64,000 nt of DNA from Macrostomum lignano. Its lineage: Eukaryota. Position numbers and translations under genes: made by a program. Numbering within the stretch: the first letter of the stretch is position 1; every line of letters begins with the position of its first letter. The stretch covers positions 62,001 through 126,000 of the forward strand of contig NIVC01001995.1 in the NCBI GenBank assembly GCA_002269645.1. The letters are read 5' to 3'. The notes under the pieces were generated by a model. It searched no databases. It was not told the DNA's origin and saw nothing but the letters and a program-made list of their open reading frames with translations. Below are positions 49,690 to 60,600 of this stretch, one piece after another.

Positions 49690-51040
49690 GCGCAATGTCA
49701 AACATAGAAGAGACAACATATCGAACATAAAAGAGTTACCATGTCAAACATAGAAGAGCGACCATGTCGAACATTTAAGAGCCACCATGTCAAACATAAA
49801 AGACCCACCATGTCAAACATAAAATAGCCACCATGTCAAACATAAAAGAGCCAACATGTCAAACATTAAAAAGCCACCGTATCAAACATAAAAGAGTTAC
49901 CATATAGAACAAAAAAGATCCACCATGTCGAACATAAAAGAGCCACCATGTCAAACATATATGTGACTTTATGTCAAACAATAAAGAGCCACCATTTCAA
50001 ACATTAAAGAGCCACCATTTCGAACATAAAAGAGCCACCATGTCAAACATAAAGAGTCACTATGTCAAACATTTAGGAGCCACCATGTCAAACATATATG
50101 TGACTTTATGTCAAACAATAAAGAGCCACCATTTCAAACATTAAAGAGCCACCATTTCGAACATTAAAGAGCCACCATGTCGAACATTAAAGAGCCACCA
50201 TGTAGAATTTTAAAGAGCCACCATTTCGAACATTAAAGAGCCACCATGTCAAACATTTAGAAGCCACCATGTCAAAGATTTAAGAGCCACCATGTCAAAC
50301 ATAGAAGAGCCACCATGTCATAATAAAGAGAGCCACCATGTCATAATAAAGAGAGCCACCATGTCGAACATAAAAGAGCCACCATGTCGAACATTAAAGA
50401 TCCACCATGTCCAACATATATGTTACTTTATGTCAAACATTAAAGAGCCACCATTTCAAACATTAAAGAGCCACCATGTCGAACATTAAAGAGCCACCAT
50501 GTCGAACATTGAAGAGCCACCATGTAAAACATTAAAGAGCCACATTGTCAAACATAAAAGAGCCATTATGTCAAACATTAAAGAGCCACCATGTCAAAAC
50601 ATAAAAGTGCCATCATGTCAAACCTAAAAGAGCCACCATGTCTAACATAAAAGAGCCACCATGTCGAACATTAAAGAGCCACCATGTCAAAACATAAAAG
50701 TGCCATCATGTCAAACCTAAAAGAGCCACCATGTCTAACATAAAAGAGCCACCATGTCGAACATTAAAGAGCCACCATGTCAAACATTAAAGAGCCATTA
50801 TATCAAACCTAAAAGAGCCACCATGTCGAACATTAAAGAGCCACCATGTCAAACATAAATGTGGCATGATGTCAAACATTAAAGAGCCACCATGTCTAAC
50901 AGTAAAGAGCCACCATGTCGAACATTAAAGGGCCACCATGTAGAACATTAAAGAGCCACCATGTCAAAAATAGAAGAGCCACCATGTCAAACATTAAAGA
51001 GCCACTATGTCGAACAGTAAAGAGCCACCAAGTCAAACAT
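49690..51040. repeat. 22-23-bp satellite (AAAGAGCCACCATGTCAAACATW)n inside Helitron copy 3
   Basis: Tandem copies visible. Confidence 0.9.
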
Positions 51041-51149
51041 AGGAGACGCAATTTCAAATGTAAAAAGAAGCGTCATGCCAATCACAAAGGAGCCATTATA
51101 AAGCTAAAGAAATTGTTGCACTTGCTACTTATTGTCCAGTGGATGCTTG

Positions 51150-51690
51150 CTATTTAAGGATCAATACTTGCTATCAATTGGTTGCTTGCTATCTGGGGTG
51201 CTTGCTATCTTGGGGTGCTTGCTATCAATTGGTTGCTTGCTATCAATTGGTTGCTTGCTATCTGGGGTGCTTGCTATCTGGGGGTGCTTGCTATCTGGGG
51301 TGCTTGCTATCTGGGGGTGCTTGCTTTCTGGGGTGCTTGTTATCGGGGGGTGCTTGCTATCTGAGGGTGCTTGCTATCTGGGGGTGCTTGCTATCTGGGA
51401 GAGCCTACTATCTGGGGGTGCTTGCTATCTGGGAGAGCCTGCTATCTGGGGGTGCTTGCTATCTGGTGGTGCTTGCTATCTGGGGGTGCTTGCTATCTGG
51501 AGGTGCTTGCTATCTGGGGGATGCTTGCTATCTGGGGGGTGCCTGCTATCTGGGGGGTGCTTGCTATCTGGGGGGTGCCTGCTATCTGGGGGGTGCTTGC
51601 TATCTGGGGGTGCTTGCTAACTAGGGGTGCCTGCTATCTGGGGGGTGCTTGCTATCTGGAGGTGCTTGCTATCTGGGGGGATGCTTGCTG
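51150..51690. repeat. 16-17-bp satellite (GGGGTGCTTGCTATCT[G])n inside Helitron copy 3
   Basis: Tandem copies visible. Confidence 0.9.
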
Positions 51691-53798
51691 TCTTAGGATG
51701 TTTTCTTTTTGCATTGCACTTCATCTGAGCAGTTTTTTTATTGACTATGTGAATTGTGAAGGCTTTGTTTGACCATCTTATTGATACTTGCAGAGAACAG
51801 AGATTCTATCTAGATGTCCCCCATCGGGGGGCGAAGATTGCTAGTCTAATCTAATCCGCAACTTTTGAGTCGCCTCTTTTACAGCACTTATATTATCGGC
51901 ATCACAATTTGCGGCAGACTCAGACGCACCAAGCAGACGTTTCAGTTGAGTGGCCTTGGCTCGAATTAATTCGACATCTGTGTCCGATGATTTATTGATC
52001 GGCATCCAGCAGATAGTTGTAGCAGAGGTCACTGCAAAAGCAATTTAGCGAAATAATTATGACAATATGGAAGTGCGGCTTATCATAGATCTATAGGATC
52101 CCACTATTGAAGTGGCAATGGATGCAAAATTATAAAAAATCTTGTATCTCTAACGTTTCACTCACTCTCAGTAGATACTTCCAATATAGGGGTTTAAGTA
52201 AGATCCCTATTTCTCATTATTACCCATTGAGGGAGTTGTAGGAATCTAGGATTTTAAGATTTTACACGCAATGCGTGTGTATGAGTACAAGACGTGAGTA
52301 ATAGACGTGGGATCTGAAAGCGATACCGCCTTTCAATCAGACTTTACACTTCTGAGAGCCTAATTTCCAGATATAATTTGTTACTGCTAAATAGTATTTA
52401 GTTGTTTACAACTAAAAAGTACAAACTTTTACAATACTTTTGAAAACAATCAGCGGAACATTTCTTTAAAAGTCTATTACGTTATTGAAATAAATTGGAT
52501 TCAAATAAATACATGTACGACTACTATAAAGTTAAATCTGAACAGTAACAGAATTCACTTAATGTTAAAAGGTGAAAGTACATATAACAATCTATAGAAT
52601 TCAAAGCGTTGAAAATCAGAACATAAAACAATATTTAATACAATTTGATTAAGACTGAAGACCGTTTGCAAACATTTCCAAACATTTGGAATTAGTAACA
52701 CGGATAAAAAATTCAATCACTATTTCAGTATTGTATAATATTTTTTATGAAAGATTCGTCAACGCCATATCATTTTGTAATGAGTTAAGGACATGATATA
52801 CAGTAACTTAACACTTTACGCTTGTAACTAATTACTTCAACAGATGAGAATAGCTCAGAGGAGATTTTTAATTCCTGGCAGCTGTCGTTAAAAGCGTTAC
52901 GGTGGCAACATTTGAGAAAAAGCAAACAACTTTCTAGTGACCTTGAAGCGACTCTGGGGTAACGACTCTTAGGACTTTTAACGACTTCTGAAAGAGACTA
53001 ACAACAGAGGCGACTGTTGCGTGACGAGCCAATCACGCGAATTGTAGAGTCGCTAAAAAGTCGTTCAAGAGTTATTATGTCGTAAAACTTTTAACGAGTA
53101 CTAACTCAAGTAGACTAAATCGAGTTTAATAGGTTGCAATTAGTATTTACTACGTGTTTCCCTACTTATGCATATTTTGATCCAGAAGCTTTCCTAATAA
53201 TATTTTTGATGGTTTATATTGATTGGCTGGCTGAGCTGGAGAAACTCAAATAAGACTCTACGGCCCCAGAGTTGTTATACATGTAGAAGCGTCCCAGAGT
53301 CATTTGCGTCGCCCTAGAGTCGTTTCAGAGTCGCTGACAATAAAACGCCTCAAAATGACTCTTAGGCGACTCCTTGATGACTTTTTGGCGACTTGTACCG
53401 TGACACTCGTTGCTTTAGAGTCGTCGAGTCCCTTTTTTAATTTCCTGTTACTTACAACCACTCTGGGGACGCTTCTTGGCCTATTAACGTTTTCATCGTT
53501 ACTTAACCTGTTTTCTGTTTTGCAGAGTACTTATATGTAACTTCTCTAGTCCTCAGAGTCCTCGTTAAAAAAACTTGTCTAGATAAAACGAATCACTGGC
53601 TTTACTGAAACAGGCTAGGCATAGAGAAGTTTGAATTTATCGGCCTTTTGACTGTTAAATGATCAAATTTCTTAATCTTCAAAGCTCACAAAAAAGCTTA
53701 CACGTACAAAGCTTCAAGATTTCAGCGAGAAAAACACAATAAAACTTGACCTACTAAGCGACAGGCAGGACAGCAAAAAATAAAACAATTTAAAACGT

Positions 53799-55450
53799 TT
53801 ATTGCAAACTCTTCCAATTAACAATATCGGAAAAGCCATTCTCATAGAAAACAGAAATGGAGTCTTCATCCTCTAGACAGCAAATGTCAACAACGCCAGC
53901 CGCTCTTGAACTAAATAGAGGCGCACTGAGTTCTATTTCGCGACGGCCAGTAGATGGAGCGTTTGTATCAGACGATATGCTGATCAGCTTGCTCGAATCA
54001 CCAGCTGACACCGACACTATTACTCGACCACGCTGAGCAAATATGCTTGGAACGCAGCGACTATTGAAGTCGGTCCAGAGATTTCCAAAAGAAATAAGCG
54101 AAGCAGTTGTGACACTAACAGTAATCTTATACAAAACAATCTTAAACACGTTAGCAGTAGACACTCTGTCAAGAACGACAAGCAACCGCTTTTGTTGATC
54201 GAAGGACAATCGAACAGGTGAAATCAGCTTCAAAGACTCGTTTGACAGAGAGGCCTTGCATTGTTTGCTTTTCGTAAGTGATACAAGATAGATTCCAAAC
54301 TTTGATGAAGCGATAGCTATAACTTCGCCGGCTTCAATTGCATCATCTGGTGGTAGCAGCCGATAGCTGAAAGTAGAGTTAAATAGAGTTATCACAGGTA
54401 AAAAATAGCGAGCTAAAATAAATTTAAATAAAGAAATCTAGACTCTTAACGTTGCGACAATCTACTCACTGCACACTGAAATTCGGCCCCACAATTAAAC
54501 TGGCGACGCCGTCAGGCTGGGCAAGGATAACTTTGCTGTGACGCTGGTCGGCAATAATAAGGCAGTTATTTTTGCGGCATGAGCGAACAACGTGAGGTAT
54601 GAAAGATAGCGATTTTCCATCGATCGTCGATAGAGAAATATGATACTTGAAATCAGAAACTGGTTGAGCTGCTGCCGTCGGAGCGTCGTTGAAACACTTT
54701 ACGACGAACCGGATCGACGCAAATGTAATTGCCCCAAAAGAATGTCGCTGATGCTAGACTTGACAAACCAACAAATTGTGATTGGCAAACAGGTGAATTA
54801 GAAGCGATGGCAGCGGCATTGCTATCTTCACTAGCTACACTAACTGAATCTTTGAGTGATGCTGAAGACTTTGGAGGTAACTCATGTGGAACAAATTTTT
54901 CCTGACTAATCATCGTCCAAACTATGGACTCATTAGATTCTTTACTGCTTGTTTGTTGATCCACCGTTGTAGTTGCTATCTCATTTGTCACCGGACTTGC
55001 GGCGACCCACTCTAGACACTTGTCAAAACTTTGTAGCTCATGCCCTTCCCAGCTAATGCTTAGCGACTGCAGAAGATCGTTAATCTTGGAATTGACTTCA
55101 CTAGAATTCCAGTAGCCCTTCTGAATCGCAGGCTTGTCACTGCCAACAACAGCGTCCAAGTCGGCCTCAACGCGGCACAGCTCATCGATAGGCCAGTTGG
55201 ATTTCTCTGCCACAGAAGCCTCCCAAACGACCTCCTGCAGTTGAAGTCTCTTTTGACGCCAGTCAGTCAGCTCCCGAGCTGCCACAGCGCGCCTCCGCTC
55301 GAGGGCGACAGACAGGCGTTTAAAGTAATTGCAAGGAGGTGCCGGCTCGGTTCCCATTCTCTGGAGCAGCTGCGAAGCTCTTTCTGCCTTAGAGCGAACC
55401 GAGTCGACCAGTTCGCTTTTAGTAGAACAACCAGAATTGTTTGATGACAT
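53799..55450 (-). pseudogene. Array paralog G: coiled coil + propeller with a +1 frameshift near 54650-54680 (pseudogene or assembly indel)
   Basis: Exon 54470-55450 is 981 nt, one base too long for its phase-2 donor (CA/gtgagt); exon 53799-54366 is intact. Frame 0 matches the family up to RSDG and stops at 54653; frame +1 continues FKYHISL..PHVVRSCRKNNCLIIADQ..VGPNFSV. Confidence 0.75.
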
Positions 55451-56131
55451 TTGTTAGACGGAGCCAGAAAAATCATTAAAAGTTATACTGCAAGATTCAT
55501 AGGCCAGAACTTATAAGTTGACTACAAAATTCGTATGCTACATGTAAATAACTAGCTGCTAAAATAGTCATTAAAGCATTACAAAAATATTTCAAATATA
55601 CCGATTAGGGAACTAAATATTCTTACTCATGCAAAAAAGAAATGATTCAATCAAAGCCCACGTTCCTTTTTGAAAGCGTGAAAATTTGAAATGATTATCA
55701 ATTTATTGATTTTGTAAATCAGAAAGTAACTTTGTAGTCCGTTGCAACTAAGCCACCGATATACGAGATAAACTATACATGTACATTATTTAGAACTGGA
55801 GATATTGTCGAATAGGAGAATGTTTGGATCAGGAAAGTTCATAAACAATCTGTAAAGAAAACTTATTACGTCGCACTTAGTTCCGTGCAAATCTATATGG
55901 AAGGGAAAGAAAATTGAAAAGTGAAACTATAAAAAGACATTAATTGAATTTAGTAGTGTTCAAATAAAAAGACTACCTAGTGCTAATAGCAAACACCTTT
56001 GAATCAATCTGCTAATGAATAGCGGAATGAACAGATCTTCGAAACGAGTAAAACGTCAGCTTTAGGGTATAGCTTTTGTACTTATAGAAAGACAAAATTT
56101 GAGTAGTGCATCAGAACACTGCGCCACCTGC

Positions 56132-56557
56132 CTACTTGCCAGCCGGTGCTTCCCACTGAATCCTTAATGATTCAATTAAATCTGCCGTTTTACGGTCAAC
56201 ATCGCTAGCATTCCAGGAGCCTCGAATTCTAACAGCAGTCCTGTCGCTGTCAATGGCAGCATCCAGTTCGGCTTCAATGCGGCACAGCTCGGCGACAGAC
56301 AGGCTTGACAAATTGGCAGAGGAAGCTTCTTGCACAGCTTTCTGCAGTTGCGACTGCCTCCGGCGCCAGTCTGCCAACTCCTGCTCAATCGCGGCGCGTC
56401 TCCGCTCCAGAGCTATTGACAGGCGCTCAAACAAGTCACTAGGCAGGGCTGGCTCAGGGCCTATTGACTCCAATAACTGTGACGCCTTTGAAGCCTGCGA
56501 CCGAACAGACTCTAACAGTTCTTCGTTGGTTGAACCGCCAATGAATTCTGATGACAT
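56132..56557 (-). CDS. Array paralog H: coiled-coil-only copy most similar to G (about 141 aa), or an orphan first exon
   Basis: ELLESVRSQASKASQLL..FERLSIALERRRA..ELADWRRRQSQLQ aligns with the G N-terminus; start MSSEF lies 8 nt after a TTTTTTCATGCTAG acceptor; no propeller coding seen before G. Confidence 0.65.
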   Translation of the reverse strand: MSSEFIGGSTNEELLESVRSQASKASQLLESIGPEPALPSDLFERLSIALERRRAAIEQELADWRRRQSQLQKAVQEASSANLSSLSVAELCRIEAELDAAIDSDRTAVRIRGSWNASDVDRKTADLIESLRIQWEAPAGK

Positions 56558-57665
56558 CGGATTGGCTAGCATGAAAAAATCGAAAAAAAATATTTAACCA
56601 TGTTTGAGAACGAACATTTATGTATACTCAGCAACATTGAAAGTCGCCAATCTATGCGCCAGTGAGCGATTTCTCTTGGACTATACTGAGATAAAATATA
56701 CGAGAAAACTGATCGGGGTAGCTTCAATCCGTCCAACCCTCGCACACCGCACCCCCACTTCATTCCACAACTCAAGTCTGCCGCGGCGTAGCTGAGTTGC
56801 GTCACTCGCAAAGATTAAGAGACTTTACCTGCACTCTCTCAAAGTGGCGACCACAGACTGAATCTTCTGTGATGGTGACTTTTTTATGTTGCTGAGTATA
56901 AATGTAACAAATAGCTAAAAGTAACTACGTTTATTTTGTATATTCAAGTCAGAACATTTCTCAACATGGTGTAACTCGTAATTTAAGACAATTATAAATA
57001 ACCCCAGCTAAAAGTACATAACTCCACACCGAGTTATTTATTTATCTGCACATCAATATTATTATGCTCAACTAACTTAAAAACTGCAATTTTAATACGA
57101 AAAAGCAAAACAATTAAAAACAATTGGGTTCTCTATTGGATACAGAAGTACGAGCGTAACGTTAGCTGTAAATTACATGACATAGCCCGGATTTCGGTCT
57201 GTAAACAGAAATAACCACAAGAATCCGAGGAATACATGGAATAACCAAATGTCATAAAGGTATATTTTTATTATAAAAATAGTAAGCCTATTTAAATATT
57301 ATATCGATGGAACTTTTTGATAAAAACAGAAAATCGATTTTGGCAAAAAAAAATTTGGAAAGCGCTCTCACCAGCATTAAAATTTGCGGTCCTTGAATAC
57401 TTAGCCAGCATCCATTTTAACAAAGAGAAAACTTTACATACATGTATTATATTAGCGCTTATCGTTTTTATCTACAAATAAAATTATAAAAGCTATTAGG
57501 TGGTGCCGTTGCATATAAAGACAAAATTAGGACCAAAAATGAAAAAATTATAGTCTAAATAAAATGTTTATAAAATATATAAATATTAAAAACATGGACA
57601 TACATGTAAGAGTCCATAGTTTCCATTGACATGTTCAGGTAGAGATCTGCGCCTAGACACTTTGA

Positions 57666-60600
57666 CTAGCAATCTACGCCCCCCGTTGGGGAGCCAAAGA
57701 AATGCAATACACGTTTTTTTAATAAGCTACATGTATCCTTGAAATCTTAAAAAATCTCCTATCAAACCTTGTAAGCCTTGACATGTCAGTAATTCCCCCC
57801 CACAAGCTTTAACATATCAACTTCCCCCCTTGACATCTCAGCCATGCCCCCAATAAGCCTTGGAAATCTAAAAATATCTGTCAACCTTCTAACCCTAACC
57901 CTAACCTAACCCTAAAGCATTGAAATTTCAGTAATTCTCTCTAAGAGTCATTATAGCACTACTACAGCATTATAGCGATTCCCTGCAAGCCTCGACATCG
58001 TAGGGATTCCCAAATGAATATCTTAACTTCGACATGAAGCTTCTTTTATTTTTTACATTACGCTTTTTTAATCAGCGATCCCTCCCCTGAGGAGGCATCA
58101 AATAATGTAATAAAAAGTTTTCAATAAACTACATGTAGCTTCTGACTTTAGCCTTGAAATCTCATTTATACCCCCGTGAGCCTTGACATCTCAGCTATTC
58201 CCCCCGTAAGCCTTAACATGTCAGCGATGGCGCCCATAAACCTTGAAATCTGAAAAATCCCCTGCTAACCTTGAAACTCGATAAAATATAACCCTCAACC
58301 CACACCTGACCTAAACCTAACTTTAACCCAACATAAAGCCTTGAAATCTCAGCAATTCTTCTCCCCTAAGCCTTGACATTTTAGTGATTCCTTCTTTAAG
58401 AATCACAGCACTATAACGATTTCCACCTAGCTTTGACATCGTAGCAATTCCCAAATGAATCTTTTAACTTCGACATGACTTTTCTTTTATGTATATATAG
58501 TGCTACTTTTATTTTTTACATGACTCTTCTTCTATCAGCGCCTCCCGTGGCGAGCCAACAAAGAATGCAATAAAAAAAATTGAGTAAAGTACATGAACTT
58601 TGAATTAGCTTCTGACTTCTGCTTTGACATCTCAGAAACCCCCCCCCGTAATCTCAGTTATTCTCTGAGAGCCTTGACGTCTCAGTTTTTCTCCCCAGCA
58701 CAGCATTATAGCTGCATTTAATTTTTCCATGACACCTTTCATGTCTGACATGACGCTTCTTTTATTCTACTATGATGCTTCTTAATTTTTTAAATGACAC
58801 TTTCATTAGTTTTTAAATGACGCTTCTATGATTTTTTCATGACGCTTCTATGATTTTAACATGACGCTTCTATGATTTTTTCATGACGCTTCTATGATTG
58901 TTTACATGACGCTTCTATGATTGTTTATATGACGCTTCTATGATTTTTAAAATGACGCTTCTATGATTTTTTAAATGACGCTTCTATGATTGTTTACATA
59001 ACGCTTTTATGATTTTTACATGACGCTTCTACGATTTCTGCAGGACGCTTCAATGATTTTTACATGACGCTTCTATGATTTTTACATGACGCTTTTATGA
59101 TTGTTTGCATGACGCTTCTATGATTGTTTACATGACGCTTCTATGATTGTTTATATGACGCTTCTATGATTTTTTACATGACGCTTCTATGATTGTTTAC
59201 ACGATGCTTCTATGATTTTTTTCATGACGCTTCTATGATTTTTTACATGACGCTTCTATGATTTTTACATGACGCTTCTATGATTTTTTAAATGACGCTT
59301 CTATGATTTTTATATTACGCTCTTACGATTTTTTACATGACTCTTCTATGATTTTTACATGACGCTTCTATGATTTTTTACATGACGCTTCTATGATTGT
59401 TTACACGATGCTTCTATGATTTTTTACATGACGCTTCTATGATTATTTCGTGACGCTTCTACGATTTCTGCAGGACGCTTCAATGATTTTTACATGACGC
59501 TTCTATGATTTTTACATGACGCTTTTATGATTGTTTGCATGACGCTTCTATGATTGTTTATATGACGCTTCTATGCTTTTTACATGACGCTTCTATGATT
59601 TTTTACATGACGCTACTATGATTTTTACATTACGCTTCTATGATTGTTTACATGACGCTTCCATGATTGTTTACATGACGCTTCTATGATTTTTTACATG
59701 ACGCTTCTATGATTTTTACATGACGCTTCTATGATTTTTAAATGACGTTTTTTTGATTTTTATATGACGCCTCTATGATTTTTAAATGACGCTTCTATGA
59801 TTTTTATATTACGCTCTTACGATTTTTTACATGACTCTTCTATGATTTTTACATGACGCTTTAATGATTTTTTCATGACGCTTCTACGATTTTTTACAAG
59901 AAGCTTCTATGATTGTTTACATGACGCTTCTATGATTGTTTGCATGACGCTTCTATGATTGTTTACATGACGCTTCTATGATTTTTTACATGACACTTCT
60001 ATGCTTTTTACATGATGCTTCCACGATTTTTTACATGACTCTTCTATGATTGTTTACATGACGCTTCTATGATTTTTTACATGACACTTCTATGCTTTTT
60101 ACATGATGCTTCCACGATTTTTTACATGACACTTCTATGATTTTTTAAATGACGCTTCTACGATTTTTTACATGACGCTTTTATGATGTTTTAGATGACG
60201 CTTCTATGATTTTTTACATGACGCTTCTATGATTTTTACATGACGCTTCTATGATTGTTTACACGATGCTTCTATGATTTTTTACATGACGCTTCTATGA
60301 TTTTTTACATGACGCTTCTATGATTTTTACATGGCGCTTCTATGATTGTTTACATGGCGCTTTTATGATTGTTTACATGACGCTTCTATGATTGTTTATA
60401 TGACGCTTCTATGATTTTTTACATGACGCTTCTATGATTGTTTACACGATGCTTCTATGATTTTTTTCATGACGCTTTTATGATTTTTTACATGACGCTT
60501 CTATGATTTTTACATGACGCTTCAATGATTTTTACATGACGCTTCTATGATTGTTTACATGACGCTTCTATGATTGTTTATATGACGCTTCTATGATTTT

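Larger units (their letters stand above)
49525..51844 (+). mobile_element. Helitron-like element (copy 3; diverged, probably 5'-truncated) inserted in paralog F exon 1
   Basis: Ends with hairpin CCCCC-ATC-GGGGGG, then CGAAGATTG-CTAG, like copy 1; inserted between A (49524) and T (51845) with no TSD; left part resembles copy 1 at 30073-30240. Confidence 0.8.
46319..52005 (-). pseudogene. Array paralog F: coiled coil + two tandem propellers (about 1005 aa once the insert is removed), first exon split by a Helitron-like insertion
   Basis: Segments 51845-52005 + 48334-49524 (one original exon), 46956-48089, 46319-46850. Removing 49525-51844 restores RIRLD/SFFDETLRK in frame. As assembled, the element's CTAG places an in-frame TAG at 51841-51843. 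Confidence 0.8.
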
